NCBI GenBank assembly: GCA_963735035.1
Contig: CAVTJJ010000003.1
Span: forward strand, 768,001 to 832,000
From: an uncultured candidate division Zixibacteria bacterium
GTDB lineage: Bacteria > Zixibacteria > MSB-5A5 > GN15 > FEB-12
DNA: 64,000 bases
Reading direction: 5' to 3'
This document shows, piece by piece, positions 10,786-17,971 of the stretch. Made by a program: the position numbers and the translations under genes. Each line of letters starts with the position of its first letter. Position 1 is the first letter of the stretch. The notes below the pieces were generated by a model that was not told the origin of the DNA, did not search any database, and saw only the letters and a list, made by a program, of their open reading frames with translations.

Positions 10786-11342
10786 GGAAGTTTCTCCAGG
10801 CTGATCCGGAGATCCGGCGAAAGCAATTCAAGTTTGCGAGGTGGCCGCAACGAAGACCAGACGAAACACTCGCCACAACCAACCGGCAGTTTGCGGCGTC
10901 CCGCCTGAAGAACGAACCGGCTGGTGATGGCGCCGTTTTCATAAACTCGGATCGCCAGGTCCCAGCCCTCCAGTTGCCGGTTGGCCACGAATTCTATTTC
11001 AAATGGTGCCACCGCAAAACGAACTCGTCGTTCCACCCCGAAGGCAGCCTGACGGACAGCCAGCGCCGGACGACTGATCCAGGTATCGAAGACTCGTGAG
11101 GCCGTCACTGAACGGGCGGGCCGACGAGAGCCCACCAGCAACGGGATGGCTTTGTGGCGCCGCAATAACTCACTCGGCAGTTTCGATTCGAGTTGCCCTG
11201 ATTCAGCCCCAAGCCATTTCAGAACGTCAAAAAGTGAGCGACATGAATTGCAGCTTTGGAGGTGTTCGGCGAACGGCACTTGACCCGTACGTGCTGCCAT
11301 AATCAAATCTTCTCTTTCCGGATGGTCATTGTTTGGCTTCAT
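10779..11342 (-). CDS. Putative soluble zinc-binding anti-sigma factor, copy 1
   Basis: HLQSCNSC (HxxxCxxC) near the N-terminus; directly downstream of an ECF sigma; overlaps the CHAT start; paralog at 17384. Confidence 0.75.
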   Translation of the reverse strand: MKPNNDHPEREDLIMAARTGQVPFAEHLQSCNSCRSLFDVLKWLGAESGQLESKLPSELLRRHKAIPLLVGSRRPARSVTASRVFDTWISRPALAVRQAAFGVERRVRFAVAPFEIEFVANRQLEGWDLAIRVYENGAITSRFVLQAGRRKLPVGCGECFVWSSLRPPRKLELLSPDLRISLEKLPW

Positions 11343-11424
11343 GTGGTTCCGTCATCCAGGACAATCGGAGAACAAACGTTCCTACGTAACGACTGCGTCA
11401 CCGACTTGCCCGTCTTGTGTGTAT

Positions 11425-11451
11425 AGTTCCAACCGTCATGAATCTTCGTAC
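11425..11451 (-). promoter_or_regulatory. Putative ECF-sigma-1 promoter GTACGA-N14-TGGAACT upstream of anti-sigma 1
   Basis: Same two boxes with identical spacing recur at 12162-12188 (+); spans the stop codon of the sigma gene. Confidence 0.55.
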
Positions 11452-12026
11452 CAGTTTTCTCCCATTTCTTTCAGAATCTTCCGCAATTTGGATAGACATC
11501 GCTGTCGCATCGGACCGATGCTATTAGTGGGGATGTTGAAACGCCGGGCGATTTCTCCATAAGATTGTTCACCAGGCGAGAAGAACAGCGCCGTCAGTAG
11601 ATCGCGGCAACCGGCATCCATCTGTGCCAGCGCCTTATCCAGCAAGGCGCGTCGCTGCAGGAGGATCACCTGCTGATCGGGTGGTAGTGGGTGGGGAGTA
11701 TGTGGGGCTTTGCTCTCCACGCGCTGAGTGCTCGCCTGCTTGCGAAGGATTCGCATGGCCCGGCGATAAGCGGTCCCGGACAACCAGCCGGGCAACTTCT
11801 GCCAATCATGAATTCGGTGACGCGAAACATAGAGGGCTACCCAGGTTTGCTGGGCGCAGTCTTCGGCATCGTGGTCATCCAATCCGTAGCGACGTGCTAC
11901 CGAGTAGACCAGAGTCGCATAGAGATCGACTAATTCCTCCCACGCGGCATGATCACCGGCCAGTACGCGTAACCATATGTCTCTTAGCTCGGTAGGCATA
12001 GACGGAGTAAATGGCCCGACCGCCAA
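11436..12026 (-). CDS. ECF RNA polymerase sigma factor, copy 1
   Basis: AWEELVDLY..LVYSVARR..DAEDCAQQTWVAL (region 2), WLSGTAYR, SYGEIARRFNIPTNSIGPMRQRCLSKLR (region 4). Confidence 0.93.
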   Translation of the reverse strand: MAVGPFTPSMPTELRDIWLRVLAGDHAAWEELVDLYATLVYSVARRYGLDDHDAEDCAQQTWVALYVSRHRIHDWQKLPGWLSGTAYRRAMRILRKQASTQRVESKAPHTPHPLPPDQQVILLQRRALLDKALAQMDAGCRDLLTALFFSPGEQSYGEIARRFNIPTNSIGPMRQRCLSKLRKILKEMGENWYEDS

Positions 12027-12120
12027 TTTCGGTGGCTTTCCGAAAATCGTGGTTCGCCCGTGGCCTGATGGGTTCCTGTCTAAATTCAGCGCTTCTTACC
12101 AAAAATACGGTCCCCTAATT

Positions 12121-12144
12121 TTTATCCAACACATTTATCCAACA
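12121..12144 (+). repeat. Direct repeat TTTATCCAACA x2
   Basis: Two exact 11-nt copies separated by 2 nt, just upstream of the 12162 motif. Confidence 0.6.
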
Positions 12145-12161
12145 ATATGTCGCGCTACGAT

Positions 12162-12188
12162 GTACGAGAATGCCGCTGAGGTGGAACT
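12162..12188 (+). promoter_or_regulatory. Second copy of putative ECF-sigma-1 promoter GTACGA-N14-TGGAACT
   Basis: Exact match of both boxes and of the spacing to 11425-11451. Confidence 0.5.
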
Positions 12189-12394
12189 GGGCGCGTCGAG
12201 GGGGGAGCAGCCGGTATCTCCTACGGTACCATTCAACAATTACCGCAGGTGGTTCTGCCCCGCTCTGTGGGTGAGATTCAACATGGATACCAAGTCACAA
12301 GATGTGTGCACACGTCGTCAAATGTGATTGCCCTTCGATCCCAGATTCGTCCAACTTGAGGGAAGCAACATATCATGTCAGGAGGTTGGAACCG

Positions 12395-12646
12395 ATGGGT
12401 CAACGCAAGAATCAAGTTCCGGGGTTGCACCCGGTGACGGTGTTTCCTTACTACAAGATTCAGGTTTGGAACGTTCGAGTGGGAGCCTGGCAGGACATTC
12501 AGAAGAAGTTCGATTCGTTGGACTCCTTAGGTGCATATGCCATGGCTAAGCTGTCTTGGAGTGAAACCACAAGAATCGTGACTGTCAAGAGCGAAGGGCA
12601 ACGAATGATCGACAAACTATTTGATGCTTTCGGTGAGCCGCGTTAG
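12395..12646 (+). CDS. Small hypothetical protein (83 aa)
   Basis: AGGAGG at 12380-12385 before the ATG; protein-like composition; no recognised family. Confidence 0.55.
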   Translation: MGQRKNQVPGLHPVTVFPYYKIQVWNVRVGAWQDIQKKFDSLDSLGAYAMAKLSWSETTRIVTVKSEGQRMIDKLFDAFGEPR

Positions 12647-12781
12647 ACGGGCGAGCGGAAGACTGTGGGGAAGGCGCAACCTGGACTCTGACAATCAAAT
12701 CTGGGTCTGAAAGACGAATTTCACAACCGTGACTTGGCAACATGCGCCTTGTTGCGAATGCAAAGAGCGTGAAGCTTTGTA

Positions 12782-14074
12782 TCATAACAGGGCATGAGAC
12801 TTTCCGATCTCCTTTGTCTGCTTCTCACCAACTCCGGCCTTCTTGGCGTAGCTTGACCAATTGCCGACAATGTCAACGATGCTATCTATAATCGAATTGG
12901 GGCTGTTGATACTTGCTTTCTTTGCCACTTCACTAAGGTCTGATCTCGATACTTGATCGTAATTACTGTTTATAGTCATCTGGTGAGATTTCGTCCATAC
13001 CGCTTCCGGATTATAAGCATAGGTGACATCGTAGGCGGGTGATAGCCTCCAATGTCCATCCCTGTCCATCAGGAACGATATGTTCTTGGTGTGGTCGTCC
13101 TGATTTCTTGCGATGACATTGAAACACATTCTCCTGAACAGTTCTTCCGAGGTCGGATAATGAAGACCGAGTGTTCTCATAACCTGAAAGGCCTGCTCAT
13201 AGGAATAGGCGTGAGGCTTATTGTAGTCGTAATGCGCCATCCCACACAATGATAGCATGTGGAGTTTTTCATTGTCTTGCCGATCAAATCTCCTTGTCAT
13301 GAAGTGAGCGCGACCTCCTTCAAGCTTCAACTCACAATCGGTCATTTCAATGCCACAGTCTCGGGCCATCAGATAGTAGGCGTATTCTATCCTGCCATAC
13401 CCCTTAGGATCTCCAAGTAGCCGATTTGTTACGCCATCGAGCTTTATTATCCAATACTCATACCCATCTAGATCATCGATCTGACCCGATCGTATGTCCC
13501 CAGTCTGCTGGTTGTAGGCAACGATCGCTTTGGCTCGTGCCCCTCCCGCGGAGGTACCCACTCTGATTATCTCACGCATGCCTTGCTCATCAAGGTGATC
13601 AAGATCCGCACGAAGATCTGCTCGTTCTAACAAGACGTTAGCTGCCAGTCTTACAAGTTTCTCGATTTCAAGTACCGTTCCCGTGCCACCAATATCCCCT
13701 TGGGGCGGATGATACTCTAGAGCTCCCATTCCTCTTGTCCCGGTGTAACATAACCGCTCTACAGGATTAACCGATTCTAATGTTCGATTCTGCTCAGAAA
13801 GCCATCGATCCAACAACGCTGTACCGAATCTATCTGGAAGGCTATCTGATAGTAGGCCTGGCAGCCCCATAAAGGTCTTGGGATCCAATTCAGGGAAACT
13901 GTAAATTCGTCTTCCAGATCGAGCCTCACTTAGCGACATTCTGATTGGTGATATATCCAGATCCTTTTGAAGAAAGGCCTTGTCATATTCAAAAGTGGCC
14001 AGTTTTCTTGATTCATTCCATGAGACTGCACCAACCATAGTTCCCCAGATCTTCACCTCTGCAACAACAGTCAC
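12782..14074 (-). CDS. hipA: HipA-family Ser/Thr kinase toxin
   Basis: LPGLLSDSLPDRFG, GTSAGGARAKA, HFMTRRFDR, RNQDDHTKNISFL, WRLSPAYDVT motifs; GTGA overlap with the upstream HTH gene. Confidence 0.93.
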   Translation of the reverse strand: MTVVAEVKIWGTMVGAVSWNESRKLATFEYDKAFLQKDLDISPIRMSLSEARSGRRIYSFPELDPKTFMGLPGLLSDSLPDRFGTALLDRWLSEQNRTLESVNPVERLCYTGTRGMGALEYHPPQGDIGGTGTVLEIEKLVRLAANVLLERADLRADLDHLDEQGMREIIRVGTSAGGARAKAIVAYNQQTGDIRSGQIDDLDGYEYWIIKLDGVTNRLLGDPKGYGRIEYAYYLMARDCGIEMTDCELKLEGGRAHFMTRRFDRQDNEKLHMLSLCGMAHYDYNKPHAYSYEQAFQVMRTLGLHYPTSEELFRRMCFNVIARNQDDHTKNISFLMDRDGHWRLSPAYDVTYAYNPEAVWTKSHQMTINSNYDQVSRSDLSEVAKKASINSPNSIIDSIVDIVGNWSSYAKKAGVGEKQTKEIGKSHALL

Positions 14075-14427
14075 TTGGCGCCCCCATTACTCTTTTTGCG
14101 TGAAAGCCGCGATCCCGATGCTCGTTGTCGTCGGTTCCTTTTGAGTTTCAGCAATTGAATCGGGCTAATTTCAGCCTCTTCGGAGAACGTGTTCAGAATG
14201 TCAAGCTTGTCCAAGGCCCTCAAAATCTGTACCAGGGTCAATAGGGTGTAAGCCTGCCCCCTCTCCAATCGACTGACCGTAACTCTGTTCACACCTGACA
14301 TTTGGGCCAACTGCTCCTGGGTCATATTGCGATTTAGTCGCATTCGTTGTATGAACTGGCCGATTTCGATGACAACCGCTGGGTCCGACATGGACCGCCA
14401 GTCTGTTTTGTCGCGAGTTAGCGTCAT
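14071..14427 (-). CDS. XRE-family HTH antitoxin (HipB-like)
   Basis: RLNRNMTQEQLAQMSGVNRVTVSRLERG HTH; coupled to hipA; GAGG before ATG 14427. Confidence 0.88.
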   Translation of the reverse strand: MTLTRDKTDWRSMSDPAVVIEIGQFIQRMRLNRNMTQEQLAQMSGVNRVTVSRLERGQAYTLLTLVQILRALDKLDILNTFSEEAEISPIQLLKLKRNRRQRASGSRLSRKKSNGGAK

Positions 14428-14449
14428 TATGTCCTCAAGACTGAGTTTA

Positions 14450-14499
14450 TGTAACATTTGAGCTACTGTAAGTCTATATACGTTGTCGGAAAATGTCAA
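14450..14499 (-). promoter_or_regulatory. Sigma70-type promoter of hipBA (TTGACA-N17-TAGACT) with operator-like imperfect palindrome at the start site
   Basis: -35 at 14499-14494 and -10 at 14476-14471; GTAGCTCAAATGTTACA near 14450-14466 resembles TGTAGCTTATATACTACA at about 14548-14565. Confidence 0.7.
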
Positions 14500-15250
14500 C
14501 AGCTAATTAATAATATGAGCTTCAAAAGATCCAATTTATGATAATATTGTAGCTTATATACTACATTACAACGGCACCATTCTCAATATATCCACATGAA
14601 ACAACTCGAGACTGGGCCAGACAGAAGTGCAACTGAAACAAGTGCAGTACTGCCCTCCCCGAAGAACATCCCCACTTGTTACAAACAATAATCAGAGTCG
14701 TGCTCGGAAAAGAGACTCTGAAGATTTCAATTTATTCACTCGGAGACTCGAGAGAGTCATAGGAATATCTTCTGAAGCACCCGGAGCCTGCTGAGGCGCT
14801 AATAAGCGGGGTCTACGAGACGCATTCCGCAACTGGATAGTCGATCATGCGGCATGAGAATGTCCCCTTGACTGGCGACGCCGGGGATTTTGAAGTGCTA
14901 ATCTGGCACCTACCTGGATGTCCGAAAGATCACCGCCTTCCAGAAATAGGCCTTCACGACATTTGGCGATTGATGTTTGTCTGACGGAAATGGCCTACGG
15001 GACCAGGGCATAAAGAAAAGGCCGGGCACCTGCCCGGCCTCCGCTGTGTAGCACCCACAGCCGGGGAACCTGATACATTCGTGCCAGCCGTTGACACAGC
15101 CGCGCAGGTTTCCCTATTCGTACCCACTTCTTGACCATCAGAGATGGCGGATCCCGAAAACCGTTCACCCCGGTGCAAAAAAATTGTGTGTGAGACCTCT
15201 CTTCAAAGGTGCGCTAAATCAGGCCGCACGCCTCCCGCAGGATCATCCAA

Positions 15251-15287
15251 CGGAAAAGCCCGCCTCCAGAGAAGCGGGCTTTCTTCA
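15251..15287 (-). terminator. Intrinsic terminator after the caspase-family gene
   Basis: AAAGCCCGC-loop-GCGGGCTTTT hairpin. Confidence 0.7.
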
Positions 15288-15308
15288 TGCAGTTGGCGGA
15301 TGAGGGAA

Positions 15309-16199
15309 TCAGATATCTAAGTCACCGGTGTACATATCAGTATGTTTCGGATCCACCTTCAGCTTGGACGCTGCCGCCCAGAGCTTCATGTTTACCTCAG
15401 CGTACGTGGATATTTCTTCGTTATAGATCAGTCCCTGGTTCTGGGCGGCGTACAGGAAATAGTAGGTCCAGGCGCCGTTCTGCAGGTCGGGAGCGTCATA
15501 AGAGTACTTTGATGTCGACGCCGTGGAGAGCACAGTGCCGGTCATGCAGTCAGCGTGGAAATCGCCGATCACACAGGCGTCGAGATTGATGGTCTTCTTG
15601 GTGCAGTTGGCGGAATTGAGATACCCCATTACATACGAATGAGTCAGGTAAAACAGGTCGCGTGAAATGATGCTCGATCCGCCAGACGGACGGACTTTAG
15701 TGCCGTGCCCAGAGTAGAAGAAGGCAATCTCGTCACCCGGAGCCGCCGCATCCCGCAACCAGATCAGGCCGGCCTGAATGTTGGCCGCCGAGGCGCTATA
15801 ATCTACGTCGCTGCGAATCGTGAATCCCTCAGCAGTCAGGTATTCAATGACATCGCGGGCGTCGTCGTCGCAGTAACTCAGGTCGTTGGCCGTGCCGTCG
15901 TAGTCGGAAATCCCGATGATATAGGCATACTTGTGAGCCGGGCTCGGATTGGGATCGATGGCCAGGCCGCCCGGATCAGTCAGCCGGTCATTCGTCTCTA
16001 CGGCAGTGCCAAACTTGGTGTAGGCGAGTTGCACCGCTTCGGGGCGGGTGTCGATGAACTCAGGCCGCTGAACCAGGGTACCTGAGTTGGTCTGGTTTCC
16101 ACCGGGGCCGGTCACCGTCGGCTCTTGTGAGCACCCAAAGAGAGCCGTGAGGACACAGCACAGGCTAAGCAATATTAATAGCCTTTTCATGTAAGACAT
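15309..16199 (-). CDS. Caspase-family (peptidase C14, metacaspase-like) lipoprotein
   Basis: Lipobox LFGC; AYIIGISDY..DLSYCDDDA; FFYSGHG (His); INLDAC (Cys); NGAWTYYFL. Confidence 0.88.
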   Translation of the reverse strand: MSYMKRLLILLSLCCVLTALFGCSQEPTVTGPGGNQTNSGTLVQRPEFIDTRPEAVQLAYTKFGTAVETNDRLTDPGGLAIDPNPSPAHKYAYIIGISDYDGTANDLSYCDDDARDVIEYLTAEGFTIRSDVDYSASAANIQAGLIWLRDAAAPGDEIAFFYSGHGTKVRPSGGSSIISRDLFYLTHSYVMGYLNSANCTKKTINLDACVIGDFHADCMTGTVLSTASTSKYSYDAPDLQNGAWTYYFLYAAQNQGLIYNEEISTYAEVNMKLWAAASKLKVDPKHTDMYTGDLDI

Positions 16200-16790
16200 C
16201 TCCTATCGGTTTATGTTAGTAAACGATCAAAGAGGGAGTTCACCCCGATACCGAACGCTGACGACCTCCTGTCCCAGAGGACGTACCGGCTTGGTTATTT
16301 TCATCTTCCGGCACTCCTCAAAGGCGGTCGAGAACCGGAACATGATGCTGTGGGTGCACTGTAAGTATAAGCTATATCAAACAAGACTGTCCACTCTTTT
16401 TTATCGTCACAGATTAGGGCTTCCGGACCAAAGGGGAAGCTTACGTGCGTACTACTGCTATTGCAGGCACGATGACAAGTCGGAAGAGAAGACCGACGGC
16501 ATGGCAGGAAGACTTGGTTGAGATATGCCCGATGCTGACCACCGTGGGCAATTCGACGACCAACTTCTACCAGCTGGCGCCTTGGAGTTGCTGCCCACTC
16601 GAAGGCTGAGATCATCTTACAACCGATTGTAGGTCATGCGGATTGCCTCCCCGATTGCTCCTGCGAACAGCTGCAGCGAATCACCTGACTTCAATTGTCC
16701 TTCCAAGAAGTCGAAAAGGACATTATAATCCAGATTAGACGGGTCAGGCCCATCCGGCCAGGATCCGTGGGCTTAGGCAAATGGATTGCA

Positions 16791-17387
16791 ATGACTTCTA
16801 AAGAGATGAGTCGCACCGATACCGAGTTGTGGCACGCCATCCTGGCCGGCGAACCAGCAGCGTGGAAGGAGCTGGTCGTCCGTTATCGGTCTCTCGTCTA
16901 TGCCACGTGCACCTACCTTGGCCTCTCTCAATCTGAGGCCGGGGATGCCTTCCAACAGACCTGGCTTCTTCTCTTTCAGAAACGGGGGCAGATTCGTGAC
17001 CCCCAACGGCTATCGGCCTGGCTCGTAACCACCGCCAGGCGTGAGGCCCTTAGGTTGAAGAACCGCTCCGATGCCGTATCACTTGACTCAGCGGCGGCAG
17101 AAATCCCCAACCTGGAACCAGGCCCGGAGCAGGAGCTTCTGTTGATCGAACGGCAGGCTGTGATAGAAACTGCTATCGAGCAACTCGACAACCCCTGCCG
17201 GGAACTAGTGCGTGCCTTCTTTTTCGCACCCGCCGACCTTTCCTACGAGGACATCGCCCGTCAACTCGGGTATTCCCCCAACACCCTTGGAGCCAAACGA
17301 CAACGATGTCTGGCCCGGCTCAGAAGAATCCTCGAGAAACTTGGCTTTCTGGATGAACGAAAATCGGAAAAGGAACCTCTGCTATGA
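16791..17387 (+). CDS. ECF RNA polymerase sigma factor, copy 2
   Basis: AWKELVVRYRSLVY..AGDAFQQTWLLL, WLVTTARRE, SYEDIARQLGYSPNTLGAKRQRCLARLR; start could be 16791 or 16806. Confidence 0.93.
   Translation: MTSKEMSRTDTELWHAILAGEPAAWKELVVRYRSLVYATCTYLGLSQSEAGDAFQQTWLLLFQKRGQIRDPQRLSAWLVTTARREALRLKNRSDAVSLDSAAAEIPNLEPGPEQELLLIERQAVIETAIEQLDNPCRELVRAFFFAPADLSYEDIARQLGYSPNTLGAKRQRCLARLRRILEKLGFLDERKSEKEPLL
17354..17381 (+). promoter_or_regulatory. Putative ECF-sigma-2 promoter TGAACGAAAATC-N11-CTCTG
   Basis: Recurs at 22217-22245; sits at the 3' end of the sigma gene like the copy-1 motif. Confidence 0.55.
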
Positions 17388-17971
17388 CGAAGCAAAGGAG
17401 GTCTGGTACGGAAAGACATTTGACACGCAAGGAACTGCTCTCGGCTGCCAGGGACGAACAGGTGCCGACCGATCATCTCAGCCAGTGCGCCGAGTGTCGG
17501 GAGTCGGTGTCGCTCCTCAGATCGTTCCAGATGGCTGGCCGAACGCCTTTACCCGAGCCGCCGCTGGCATGGATCGAGCGAGCGGCGAAGATCCCGGAAA
17601 GTTCATGGCGCTCCCGGATTCTGGCTCAAGTAAAGGGTGTCATCACATTCGATTCCTGGCTTCAACCGTACCCGGTTGGAGTGCGCGGCCAGGCCAGCTC
17701 CAATGAACGGCGAGTCTGCTGTGAAGCTGGTCCCTATCTTGTTGATCTTCGAGCCGAGAAACACGTCGACGGCTGGAGAATGGTGGCTCAACTCTCCGGC
17801 GAAAACGCCGAGACGGCCAGATTGATTGACGGCGCTCAAATTGTCCCGGCCGACCCCGACGCAATATTTCAATGGTCAGCGACACACCCCCCGTCGGCCC
17901 TGTCAATCCAGGTCGGCGAGAAATGCATCCTGTTCCCTAAATTGTCATGGAAACGTCCTCGCAAAACATAG
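17384..17971 (+). CDS. Putative soluble zinc-binding anti-sigma factor, copy 2
   Basis: HLSQCAEC (HxxxCxxC); FDSWLQPYPVGVRG aligns with FDTWISRPALAVRQ of copy 1; no transmembrane helix. Confidence 0.75.
   Translation: MTKQRRSGTERHLTRKELLSAARDEQVPTDHLSQCAECRESVSLLRSFQMAGRTPLPEPPLAWIERAAKIPESSWRSRILAQVKGVITFDSWLQPYPVGVRGQASSNERRVCCEAGPYLVDLRAEKHVDGWRMVAQLSGENAETARLIDGAQIVPADPDAIFQWSATHPPSALSIQVGEKCILFPKLSWKRPRKT

Noticed and set aside
12121..12144. DnaA boxes / replication origin
   Set aside because: TTATCCAACA differs from TTATCCACA, there are only two copies, and there is no origin context
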